Below, piece by piece: positions 47,242 through 57,066 of a stretch of DNA of 64,000 bases. The stretch lies in assembly GCA_019057815.1 (NCBI GenBank), contig JAHLWR010000006.1, forward strand, positions 1 to 64,000. The letters run 5' to 3'. The number at the start of each line of letters is the position of its first letter. Position 1 is the stretch's first letter. The position numbers were made by a program, and so were the translations under genes. The notes beneath the pieces are model-generated. The model worked only from the letters and a program-made list of their open reading frames with translations, made no database searches and was not told the DNA's origin. The DNA comes from Candidatus Heimdallarchaeota archaeon (GTDB lineage Archaea; Asgardarchaeota; Heimdallarchaeia; Heimdallarchaeales; Heimdallarchaeaceae).

Positions 47242-48978
47242 TTACAATTCTATTCTCGGATCTACTGCAACATATACAATATCTGTTATTAAATTCCCAA
47301 TAAGTATCAATATCGTCAACACCGCTGTTACCCCGAGTATCATCGGGAAGTCAAGATTAAATATCGCTAGTACATACCGGTAACCCAGTCCTGGCCACGT
47401 GAACAGTGTTTCTGTAATTGGAGCACCAGCTAAAGCAAACGCTAAGAAAAGTCCAATATATGTCACTATTGGAATTAATACATTCCTAAATGCGTGTTTC
47501 CAAGTTATTGTTCTTTCTGATAAACCATTAGCTCGAGCAGATAGAATATAATCTTGTCTTAATACTTCTAACATCGTTGATCGGACAAGTCTAGTGTAAA
47601 GCGCGAGAAAAGTGAACGTTAAAGCAATTGTAGGTAGAATCATATGTAGAATTGAATCCAAAAACCGGTCCGTAAACGTCACCCACCATATGTTAAACCC
47701 TTCTCCTGTAATCACCACCGGTGTTGGAACTCGATGAGCTTTTGCAGCAGGTAACCAGCCTAACCCTAATCCGCTGAATATGAAGATTAAAATCAATCCA
47801 AAGACGAAGATTGGCATTGATAGACCTAGTAGAGCTATTGTGCTTGAAAAAGAGTCTATCCATGTATTTTGGTTCTTAGCTGCCCAAATCCCAAGTGGGA
47901 TGGCAATTATCAGCGCAAAGAAGAAGGATGTAAGTTGTAACTTTAGAGTTTCCCAGATCAGTTCTCCAATCATTTCATTAATTGGGCGTTCAGATCTATA
48001 ACTATTCCCCATATTGAAATGGAGAAGTTTGTAAAACCATAGAACAAATCGTGCGTAGACTGGTTGATCTAATCCCAAATCCCGCGTGATATTAATTTTG
48101 TCTTGTTCAGTAGCTCGCGGTTTACCAAGTAATATTAGAGCTACTGGATCCCCCATTCCATTTACCATTACATAGGTCATTACACAAATGGCAATAAATA
48201 GCGGGATTAGTGTTAACAATCGACGAGTAATGTAAACAGATAGTCGCATTGTCAAAATATTCTTGATTTTTTGAAAAACTTTCGTTTCACCTAAACCTCT
48301 GAGCTTGGTGGAGCTAGTTGGTTTTTCCCAGTCTATAGGCAGGAACAAGCTAGTAACAACCATCATAATACCGATAATATAAACATAAAATCCAGGAGCA
48401 AATTTTCCTATAAATGTTAATTCAAAGTAAGCTGGAGTTGCTTCATTAGGGTTGAATGTAATCGGGCCCAAACTAAATGCCTCGTTACCATCAACTCTCA
48501 TTTGATAATCTTCTGAAATGATGTTGAAACCATTATTCATTGCAATAACTGAAACTATCAATGCACCAAGCAGGAGAATAGCTGCTGTAATATCTGAAAA
48601 TATTCCACGCTCTCTAAAACCACCACTTTGGAATACTTGACCTAGAATAGCAAATAAAATTGCAAAAACTATTAGAAACCAGAGTGCTGCAGAAAGAAGT
48701 ACAACCGCACTAGCCATCTCAGTAGGCCTAAATATAGATTGAACCGCATTTATCGTGTTTCCTTCAGTATCAATACCTATAAAAATTAGCTGTTGGACAT
48801 CTAAACGAGCTCCAAACAATTGAAAAATTAAGCCTTCACTTTCTAATAACTCTTCAGATCCAGGTAATCCAAGTATTGGATCAGAATTAAAAGCTACCTC
48901 GTATAAAGGTATAAATGTACCTATTATTATTAAGACGAATCCAAAAATTTTGAGAGCTATTGATACATTTTTGTCCAT
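47242..48978 (-). CDS. dppB: Oligo/dipeptide ABC permease with extra N-terminal ~4-TM domain
   Basis: LGLDQP, ARANGL, HAFRN, ETLFTWPGLG and VDPRI motifs. The core begins near aa 243. Confidence 0.9.
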   Translation of the reverse strand: MDKNVSIALKIFGFVLIIIGTFIPLYEVAFNSDPILGLPGSEELLESEGLIFQLFGARLDVQQLIFIGIDTEGNTINAVQSIFRPTEMASAVVLLSAALWFLIVFAILFAILGQVFQSGGFRERGIFSDITAAILLLGALIVSVIAMNNGFNIISEDYQMRVDGNEAFSLGPITFNPNEATPAYFELTFIGKFAPGFYVYIIGIMMVVTSLFLPIDWEKPTSSTKLRGLGETKVFQKIKNILTMRLSVYITRRLLTLIPLFIAICVMTYVMVNGMGDPVALILLGKPRATEQDKINITRDLGLDQPVYARFVLWFYKLLHFNMGNSYRSERPINEMIGELIWETLKLQLTSFFFALIIAIPLGIWAAKNQNTWIDSFSSTIALLGLSMPIFVFGLILIFIFSGLGLGWLPAAKAHRVPTPVVITGEGFNIWWVTFTDRFLDSILHMILPTIALTFTFLALYTRLVRSTMLEVLRQDYILSARANGLSERTITWKHAFRNVLIPIVTYIGLFLAFALAGAPITETLFTWPGLGYRYVLAIFNLDFPMILGVTAVLTILILIGNLITDIVYVAVDPRIEL

Positions 48979-49063
48979 ACTTTTATCAACTCACTGGTAT
49001 ATTTAAAATATATTATCCTCGAACAACAGACATAGAAGTTTTTATAAATGTTTTCTGTCAATG

Positions 49064-49437
49064 TGTCAACTTAAGGAAGAAAAAAGTCGAAAAGAGAGAA
49101 TATGTAACGAGTAGGATGAAAAAGATAGGCGTTTATACTGAACTATAGCTAAATTTATGAAAGTTAAAGTTTTATGAATGGAATCAATAGATTTGAGATA
49201 TCCTCAAACTTTAGGTACACTCTGTCATCAAGTAAAGAATCTCTATAATAGGGAAAATTTTCTGGTAAAAGAGCAGCTCAAGAAGAAAGGAAAAATATTT
49301 TTCTACAGTAATCTTAACAAACTGTTAAAACAGGAAGGGTGTTACAGGATATTACCTGTACATACTGCCCAACACACTCTCAAACTTCTTACTCGAAACT
49401 AATAAATATACTCGACCCTCCGTTGTCTTAGTTGACA
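49064..49437 (+). mobile_element. Internally deleted tnpB-carrying IS remnant with inverted ends TGTCAACTTAAG / CTTAGTTGACA
   Basis: Imperfect inverted termini enclose a tnpB fragment. Confidence 0.65.
49178..49402 (+). pseudogene. tnpB: TnpB N-terminal fragment
   Basis: LCHQVKNLYN...Y..LPVHTAQHTLKLL.RN is typical of TnpB N-termini. The RuvC domain is absent. Confidence 0.75.
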
Positions 49438-49726
49438 TGGAGACAAAAACTCATCATAAATGTTTTCTAGATAATTTTGGGAATTATTTCGCAGAAAACC
49501 TATCCTTAGAAAGTTCTGTAAATAGATTGTTTTTTTTTATTAGAAACACAACAATGAAGTGATACCACTAATAAAAACAGTATTTCACAAAATATGCTGT
49601 TTCAACAAGAATTAGATTGAACTAGTATTTCTTGTATGATTAAAAGATTAAAACAAAAAATATTTAAGCAAAAGAAGAAAACAACCAATGGAATTAAAAA
49701 CCTCTGTTAGAAAAAACTCTAACTAA

Positions 49727-49804
49727 GGGGTGGTGATCTAGCCTGGCTATGATACCTCCTTGACGTGGAGGATGTCGCAGGTTCAAATCCTGCCCACCCC
49801 ACCA
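49727..49804 (+). tRNA. tRNA-Val(GAC), CCA encoded
   Basis: GGGGTGG/CCACCCC acceptor and anticodon arm CCTCC-TTGACGT-GGAGG. Confidence 0.96.
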
Positions 49805-49864
49805 TACATTTTCTGGGTTTTGAATTACTGATACGTTTTTTAATTAAAGTATCTACTAAAATCA

Positions 49865-51688
49865 ATGATGATTGAAGTATTAATTGAGAAATTAGCTCGT
49901 ATACCCCAGTTCTATATGACCAACCTCAACCATGCAAAGGATAAAATTGCCTTCTATTGGGATATTACGGGTCGTATAGAACTATATGTAATGGACATTG
50001 AAACTAAAAAACATATACAAATAAGTCACGGTGAAGTACCTCGTGCACTTCGTTCTGGTTTTGTTTGGACAAGGGATGATAAATCCATCATTTTTGTAAA
50101 AGATAAAGGTGGTAATGAGCAACATGATCTCTATCGTCTTGATATTGAATCCGCTAAAGTAACTCAGTTAACTAACACACCCAATTTTCAGGAACATGTC
50201 GTTGATACAAGCCCAAACGGCAAATCTCTTCTTTATACCTCTACAAAAAAAGGTCAAGTGAACTTGCATTTTTATGATTTTGAAACTAAAGAGGACAAAG
50301 CACTCACTAATATGCCCACACCTGTGAGAGGTGGTAAATATGATCCAACAGGTTCCTTTATTGTCTTTGGCTATAATGACACACAAGATTTCCGAAATTT
50401 GGATATTTGGATAATGAATTCAGATGGTTCAAATCAGAAGAAACTTCTAAGCTTAAAGGATGGTTCTAGAGAAATTGTATCTGATATTTCAAAAGATGGA
50501 AAGATACTCGCCATTACTTCTGATTTTGAGGGCACATCTCGTGCAGGTGTTTATAATTTGGAATCAAAAGAACTCAAATTGTTTGGTGAAGGTGCACATG
50601 AAGAATATTCTGGTAAATTCACAAGCGATGGCAAATATCTCGTGTGTTTACAAAATTTCAAAGCTACAATTAAACCTATTATATACAACTGCGAAACAGG
50701 AGAAAAGCGTGTATTGGAATTCCCATCAGGTATTGTTGCTGGTACCCAAGTTACATCTGGAGACCGTTACTTAATCCTTTCATTAAATACTTCTACTAAT
50801 CCAAGTTCGTTATTGAAATACGATTTGAAAGAAGACAATTATGAGGACCTTATCCCAGTTCAAATTGGTGATATTGGCACTAATTTCTTCGTTGAAGACG
50901 AATATGTTGAATACGAATCAATAGCTGGTCTTACAATAGGAGCAATTCTTTATAAACCAAAGAACATAGAACCTGGAGTAAAACTCCCTGCTTTAGTTGA
51001 AGTTCATGGAGGACCAACCGGGCAGTATTTCAGAAACTTCGCTATGTTTTCTCAAATAATAGTAAACGAAGGCTTTGTAATAATAAAACCAAACTTCAGA
51101 GGTTCAACTGGCTATGGGCGAGCGTTTACTGATATGAATATAAAGGATATAGGAGGTGGAGATTTAGAAGACGTAGCAGCTGGAGCAGAATATCTGAAAA
51201 CATTAGATTACGTAGACCCTACACGAATAGGGATTTTTGGAGGTTCATATGGAGGTTATATGACTTTCATTGGAACGGTTAAAAAGCCTGATTTTTGGAA
51301 AGCTGGTGCTGCTTCTCAAGGTATAACTAATTGGCTAAAACTCTATGAAGAAAGCATGCCTCATTTCAAGTACTATTTACACATGCTACTGGGAAAACCA
51401 GAAGAAAATGAGGAACTCTGGAAAGATAGAAGCTCGTATTATTTTGCAGAGAATCTAAAATGTCCATTACTTATAATTCACGGTATTAATGATCCAAGAT
51501 GTCCAATATCTCAAGCTAGGATTTTCAGGGATAGACTTCTTGAGTTAGGGTGGAAGGAAGGAAATATAGGAGACAAAACTTTTGAATATCAAGAATTTGG
51601 TGATATAGGTCATGGTGGTTTCACCGATCAAGAGTTTAGAATACGAAGTTTTAAGACTATTTTAGATTTCTTCAAGCGAAGATTATGA
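49865..51688 (+). CDS. S9 prolyl oligopeptidase/acylaminoacyl peptidase
   Basis: Beta-propeller plus VHGGP, RGSTGYG, GGSYGG, HGINDPRC and GHG motifs. Confidence 0.94.
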   Translation: MMIEVLIEKLARIPQFYMTNLNHAKDKIAFYWDITGRIELYVMDIETKKHIQISHGEVPRALRSGFVWTRDDKSIIFVKDKGGNEQHDLYRLDIESAKVTQLTNTPNFQEHVVDTSPNGKSLLYTSTKKGQVNLHFYDFETKEDKALTNMPTPVRGGKYDPTGSFIVFGYNDTQDFRNLDIWIMNSDGSNQKKLLSLKDGSREIVSDISKDGKILAITSDFEGTSRAGVYNLESKELKLFGEGAHEEYSGKFTSDGKYLVCLQNFKATIKPIIYNCETGEKRVLEFPSGIVAGTQVTSGDRYLILSLNTSTNPSSLLKYDLKEDNYEDLIPVQIGDIGTNFFVEDEYVEYESIAGLTIGAILYKPKNIEPGVKLPALVEVHGGPTGQYFRNFAMFSQIIVNEGFVIIKPNFRGSTGYGRAFTDMNIKDIGGGDLEDVAAGAEYLKTLDYVDPTRIGIFGGSYGGYMTFIGTVKKPDFWKAGAASQGITNWLKLYEESMPHFKYYLHMLLGKPEENEELWKDRSSYYFAENLKCPLLIIHGINDPRCPISQARIFRDRLLELGWKEGNIGDKTFEYQEFGDIGHGGFTDQEFRIRSFKTILDFFKRRL

Positions 51689-51752
51689 TTTACCTTCTAC
51701 TTTTTTCTTTAATAAAATTGAAATATGAAAATAGATGATACAGATTCTTAGT

Positions 51753-52520
51753 TTACATTTTCTCGTTTTTCACCGGAAAGTAGAGTGGATAAATAAGTCT
51801 CGCAAAGTTCTGATATGCTTCCACACTATAATCATTTTCATTGAGTAAAACTTCAAGTTTAATAATTTCATATTCGCTGTAGCCACGCATTTCAGGGAAA
51901 AGGTTTGAATCACCGAAGTCGAATATTTTGTAAACTACATCTTTTAACTCACCTAATTCTACATATGCTTCAACAAGTAAGTGAATGTGAGGTGTAAGTT
52001 GTTCTAGTTGGTTATCTTCTTTTACCGATTTTGCAATTCGAATGATTGAATGTATAGCTGCTCTACGTGTGATGTAATCCTTCACGTAAATGACATTTTT
52101 AAGTGAATATAAAACATCCACATCATCAAGAAAACCTATAGATCTAATTGCTGCATACTGTAAATCATAATCACTTTCTTCTAGAATTTTGGCTATAATT
52201 TCTTTTGAAGAATAATCTTGCATTTTACCTAGAACTTCTAATACAACAAGTTTAACTGATAAAGAAGATATATTGATTAAATCGTGAAGGTGGTTAAGAG
52301 TGTTCCCTTTATGTTCAGGATAAACTTCTATCAGTTCTAGCAACGTAGAAGCTGCAGCGTTTCTAACATTCCAATCACTATCATGAAGGAAAGTATAAAC
52401 TAAATTTAAATCAGTTTCTTTTCCTTTTTCTTTCAAATAAAACAAAACTTTGAGCCGATTTAAAGCGTTTTCATTATCTTTTTTACGAAGAATAATTCGG
52501 CGTTTTAGGAAGTTAAACAT
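51753..52520 (-). CDS. HEAT-repeat protein
   Basis: LHDSDWNVRNAAASTL, ESDYDLQYAAIRSIG and DYITRRAAIHSI repeats. Confidence 0.85.
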   Translation of the reverse strand: MFNFLKRRIILRKKDNENALNRLKVLFYLKEKGKETDLNLVYTFLHDSDWNVRNAAASTLLELIEVYPEHKGNTLNHLHDLINISSLSVKLVVLEVLGKMQDYSSKEIIAKILEESDYDLQYAAIRSIGFLDDVDVLYSLKNVIYVKDYITRRAAIHSIIRIAKSVKEDNQLEQLTPHIHLLVEAYVELGELKDVVYKIFDFGDSNLFPEMRGYSEYEIIKLEVLLNENDYSVEAYQNFARLIYPLYFPVKNEKM

Positions 52521-52532
52521 AATTTTCCCTGC

Positions 52533-54083
52533 TTATAAATTATATAACCCTTCTTTGATAAGATAGGCTATTGCTCCTCTTTGTGGTTGCGTTAGTTTCT
52601 TCAAGTATGTGTAATCAATGTTTTCAACAACTGTCTGTTCCTTTTCTTCATCTAAGTCTGATATATATGCATCTTTTCTCTTTGATACTTGAACTGCTCT
52701 TGTCACAACGGGAAGATTGTAAGGACTTAGAGGTTGTTGTTTACCTATTTTATGTACTGCAAAGAGAGTTGCAACATGCATTCCTCCAATTTTCTTAATG
52801 GTAATAATATCAGCAAAAGCCGGTAAAATTGTTCGAAAGTCCTCTCTGTATAAAACCATATGATTATGGAGTATCACAAGCTGATCCAAACCTATACCGT
52901 GATCATTAACCTCAAACACATAGACTTTCTTTTCATCAGCATTAACATAACCTTTCGAAGATATTCTAGGGTTATCATCAAGTAGTTGTCCAAAGGTTCC
53001 ATATTTCTTTCGATAAGTTTTTTTGATGTAATTATCTATTAAATTCCAACCATAAGCGTAAATTGACCAAATGTCAGTATAGTGGCTTTTAGTTGTATGC
53101 CATGAATCAACGACAGTTTCAGAGTGGGAGTTCTTTTGAGTTGATAACCAATCTTTAAACTCATTCCAAGTAAAGTTTTCGAAGAATTCTAAGTCTGTTT
53201 TGAAACTAAATAGCTTTTCAAAAAGTTCTTTTTCATCACGTAGTTTTACAGCCAATTTGTCAACAAGGAATAGACTAAAAACCCCAATGGGTGGGGCCAT
53301 GTACCCTTTCAATTCTTTTAGATGCTCCTTTGGTGAGTATTCTTTACTCTCCTTTAAGTATTCTATGTGCTTTCGTTGAATATAAAAAGCAAAACCTTCT
53401 TCAACAAAATCATGTAAGTGCTTTTTTCTTGCAACATTTGCTCTTTCTTTGAGAACATTTATAGCTTCTATTGAAAAATTATTAAACAATGTATATTTTC
53501 GGGCATCTTCTGGAGGTTGATAAAAATCTTCAATCCCCGCCTCTGTAAATAATCTGATAACCGCAACTAAATCCTGATAGTATTGCCAAGCCCACATATG
53601 TTTTTTTTCAGATAAATCATTGAGTCTAAAAGCATTATTTTGGAATAGTTCCTTCAATATTATGTCAAATTGGTATAACTTAGCCAGTGTTCGAGCACTA
53701 TTCGATGAAGATTTTTCATTCATATATGTGTGTGCAAATGCATGCACTAACATTACCCGCAGAGTGTACTTTTGCTCATTAGAAAGTTCATAATTTGGAA
53801 CAGAAAGATAAATTAAAGTTGGTAAGGAATTGAATGTTGTTTCTTTTCCAATGGGCATGAACTCACTTACTCTCGCAGATCGCAGATGAGTTATCTCTTC
53901 AGCGGAAAGAATTGCTACTGGAGTACCAGAAGATTCTAACACTCTATTAACAGAAATGTGTATCTCAGGATTAAGAAAAACAAGCACTCTATAATTCTCT
54001 GGAGTGTCTTCAACAAGAGTTTTGAAATCTTCTCTCGCTTTCTGATAAACGGTAATTATGTCAGCTAATTCAGTTTTAAGCAT
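52533..54083 (-). CDS. Hypothetical protein with degenerate gluzincin motif
   Basis: LVHAFAH plus downstream EEGFA. Confidence 0.6.
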   Translation of the reverse strand: MLKTELADIITVYQKAREDFKTLVEDTPENYRVLVFLNPEIHISVNRVLESSGTPVAILSAEEITHLRSARVSEFMPIGKETTFNSLPTLIYLSVPNYELSNEQKYTLRVMLVHAFAHTYMNEKSSSNSARTLAKLYQFDIILKELFQNNAFRLNDLSEKKHMWAWQYYQDLVAVIRLFTEAGIEDFYQPPEDARKYTLFNNFSIEAINVLKERANVARKKHLHDFVEEGFAFYIQRKHIEYLKESKEYSPKEHLKELKGYMAPPIGVFSLFLVDKLAVKLRDEKELFEKLFSFKTDLEFFENFTWNEFKDWLSTQKNSHSETVVDSWHTTKSHYTDIWSIYAYGWNLIDNYIKKTYRKKYGTFGQLLDDNPRISSKGYVNADEKKVYVFEVNDHGIGLDQLVILHNHMVLYREDFRTILPAFADIITIKKIGGMHVATLFAVHKIGKQQPLSPYNLPVVTRAVQVSKRKDAYISDLDEEKEQTVVENIDYTYLKKLTQPQRGAIAYLIKEGLYNL

Positions 54084-55461
54084 TTAGAATACTCTCCCTT
54101 AGTATCTGTTCTCCTAGCTGCTTTATTTGCGCTGGGTCAATCAAGATTGGTCTAGTAATACCTTTTAACATTCTTTTTGTGTGGCTGTAGATTTCTCTTT
54201 TCCTTAGTGCTTCGGTTCCCATCAAAAAGTAACTAATGTTCCAGTTTCTAGCGTGATCTCTCTTTAGATTTTGAAAAATACCATTTAATTGCACTAAACA
54301 TTCGATTGTTTCTAGTTTTGTTTTTGTATCTATTTCATTGAAATAACGTTTGAGGTCAGAACTAGTTTTATGTTTAAATGGATATGTTGGGACATTTGGC
54401 ATACCGTCTGTTACTATTGTAAATTGAACATCTATATTTTTCTCATTATACTGCTTCTTAGCGTGTTTAATTGCTTGGAGAACACTTTGAACTGTATATG
54501 TTTTTCCTTTAGCTTTTGCGCTTAATAACAAATTCTCCATCTTGTAGTCATCATCAACAACGAATGGATTGTTTGTGATAGGTACAACTGCTAGCTTAAA
54601 CATGTCGTAACGTTTCCTTTTCCTGCGATTTAATATTTTAAAGTAATAATACAGACTTAAAGATGTTAATAAGGCTCCATCAAGACGCGACATACCGCCT
54701 TCAAAAACTGCTTTTTGCATGGATTGGCTCAAGTCTACAATGAAATAAACAAGACTTTTTCGATCTTTTTTTACTCGTATAATGTCTTCTTGTTTGACAC
54801 TAGTTGGTGGAATGCTTTTTGAACTCAGAATTGCACTTTTATATGTTTCCTTCAATTTTATTGTTCCACGAGGACGCTTTTGAACATCATCGATTGGTGA
54901 AACATTTATTTGCTTCATTAAATAGTTACCAAGAAGTTTTCCTAGAACTTCCATCACGTCTTCTCGGCTAATTCTTTTTTTCCTCCCAAAAGCATCAGTG
55001 ATTTCAAGATCAACTATTTCTCTAAGTTCTTTCAGCTTTTCAGCGAGCATCTGTAAATCTGCAAATCCTTCGTATTTTAAGTCATGAAGGAGTGTATTAA
55101 TGTACTTCATAATATCTTCAACCGTCTGAAGTTCATTTCTATTAACTCTTTCAAGCACATCTGGAAGAATTCTGTCCCCTATAAAACGTAATAATTTGAG
55201 TTCATTAACAAGCCTTTCTTCCTCAGCTTGTGTTAAGTGGGTTGTCATTATTTTTTGAGCTATGTTAGCTATAGCTACAGCATTTTTAGCTCCTAAAGAT
55301 AGTACAGCTCCTTCACGTGAACTACGACCCAGATGTGGGTTCCTCCAAAGTCTCAGGAGCTGTGCAGCACCTTCCCAATCGAGAATAAATTCTGCATCAC
55401 CAAAGTTTTGTAATGGGTCCCGAAACTCCGATTCTGTAAGAAGGAAAATACGGTGAGGCAT
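54076..55461 (-). CDS. vWA (MIDAS) domain protein
   Basis: IVDLSQSM (DxSxS), GKTYT and IVTDGMPN motifs. Confidence 0.88.
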   Translation of the reverse strand: MPHRIFLLTESEFRDPLQNFGDAEFILDWEGAAQLLRLWRNPHLGRSSREGAVLSLGAKNAVAIANIAQKIMTTHLTQAEEERLVNELKLLRFIGDRILPDVLERVNRNELQTVEDIMKYINTLLHDLKYEGFADLQMLAEKLKELREIVDLEITDAFGRKKRISREDVMEVLGKLLGNYLMKQINVSPIDDVQKRPRGTIKLKETYKSAILSSKSIPPTSVKQEDIIRVKKDRKSLVYFIVDLSQSMQKAVFEGGMSRLDGALLTSLSLYYYFKILNRRKRKRYDMFKLAVVPITNNPFVVDDDYKMENLLLSAKAKGKTYTVQSVLQAIKHAKKQYNEKNIDVQFTIVTDGMPNVPTYPFKHKTSSDLKRYFNEIDTKTKLETIECLVQLNGIFQNLKRDHARNWNISYFLMGTEALRKREIYSHTKRMLKGITRPILIDPAQIKQLGEQILRESILNA

Positions 55462-55487
55462 CTTTGTTTGTCACCCTTATGGATTTT

Positions 55488-57032
55488 TTATATATAATCA
55501 ACTTTTAATAACTGCTCATAGCTTGACTTAAGATTTTCAACTATAGCAGGAATCTCTTCAGTTTTGTAATAACGTTCTAGATTTTCATATTTAACAATTA
55601 AACCAGAAAGTTCTTTGTCACTTAAAGCTTTCATTTTTGATATATCTTCACTTATATCCTCTGCTTTGACTGCGATTTCAGACTCTTTGATATTGCTTCT
55701 CAAGTGTATTTTTATCTCTTGTAAAGCATCATTAATCATTGAAACAGGAATGTCATAATCATTAATTATCTGTCTTACATGTTCCAAAGATATTATATTG
55801 AAACCATCATCGTCAACATCTTTTGTTCGATTGAGTAGAACGCTACCAACAATGTTTGAAGTAGTACGAAGGTCTATATGGGGATTACGTTGAGGATCGT
55901 GAATTTCATCAAGACCTGCATAGAAATCAAGTCTTTGAACACGGCTTTCTGATCTTATCCCTCCACGCTTTAATGAAGGGGGGAGCGAATTGTTTCCAAT
56001 AAACGATAGAAAATCAATTGCTAACCGACTAACATAATCTTTTACGCTTCTTTCTCTTTCATATAACTGGAGAAGTGCAGGATTTGCAGTAATTCTCTGT
56101 CTCGAAAGAATTACTTGCTCAACAAACATATCTCTAACAATTTGGTTACGATTTTCAACTGACCTTGCTGGCCAAAGAACTTCGGGAATACGGTTAATAA
56201 TAGGTTGGGATTCTTCTCCAAATACTGTTAATGGGGCATTTGAGGTGAATATAACTGCACCATCTATATACACAGGTTCACCTTGAATATTATATTTAAC
56301 AGAGCTTGTGTCTTCTAAGAAACCCATTAGTGATTCCAACAACGATAGTGGTAATCTTTGAATTTCATTTACTACAATAAAACCTTGGCTGAGTACACCA
56401 ACTTTATGCGAAGTAGCAGTGTACGTTGTACTAGTTTCTTTGCCAAAAAGTTCTTCGAGATTTTCAACACCAGCTAAAAGCATGTAAAGACTCTCTGGAT
56501 CAGTACGAGGATCCAATTGTGCTTTACGAACAATCGTTTTTTCAACTGCTAGTTCCTTTAACCTTTCAACAAACATAGCAGGTTTTATTTGGAGTATACT
56601 ACTAGTATCATCTAATAGTACCCCTTCTCCCAAAACTTTCTCAATATTAGCTCTACAGAATGGGCATAATGATTGTAAAACCCTTATACTACCAAAAGGA
56701 TTAGCTTCGAAATCTTCAATGATATTGATGATATAACCAGCATCTTCAAGAAATGGACATTCAGCAATGTGTTGCTTGGAATTGTTTATTTCTCTGACAA
56801 TGTGATCAAGAAGTATTCGTGCAAACATTGATTTTCCTTCACTTGTTACACCAGTTATCAGTACTTTTCCTCCAACTGCTAATTTATCCATTATGAGATT
56901 CTTAGCATCTATGTTTCCTCTAACACTTGGATCATTTATTACTCTTTTACGAAATTCTTGATCCATTAAAATATGTCTAACTGAATAACCTTTGTAGCCA
57001 TCTTCAATTAATTTAGCAACTGTATGTGTCAT
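55488..57032 (-). CDS. AAA+ ATPase, ChlI/MoxR-related
   Basis: Walker A GVTSEGKS, CPF...CPFC insert, Walker B variant IVVNE, sensor-1 TSN, and NR Arg finger. Confidence 0.85.
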   Translation of the reverse strand: MTHTVAKLIEDGYKGYSVRHILMDQEFRKRVINDPSVRGNIDAKNLIMDKLAVGGKVLITGVTSEGKSMFARILLDHIVREINNSKQHIAECPFLEDAGYIINIIEDFEANPFGSIRVLQSLCPFCRANIEKVLGEGVLLDDTSSILQIKPAMFVERLKELAVEKTIVRKAQLDPRTDPESLYMLLAGVENLEELFGKETSTTYTATSHKVGVLSQGFIVVNEIQRLPLSLLESLMGFLEDTSSVKYNIQGEPVYIDGAVIFTSNAPLTVFGEESQPIINRIPEVLWPARSVENRNQIVRDMFVEQVILSRQRITANPALLQLYERERSVKDYVSRLAIDFLSFIGNNSLPPSLKRGGIRSESRVQRLDFYAGLDEIHDPQRNPHIDLRTTSNIVGSVLLNRTKDVDDDGFNIISLEHVRQIINDYDIPVSMINDALQEIKIHLRSNIKESEIAVKAEDISEDISKMKALSDKELSGLIVKYENLERYYKTEEIPAIVENLKSSYEQLLKVDYI

Positions 57033-57066
57033 GCGCCTATCAACCTTTTTTTTTCAATTGTAAATT

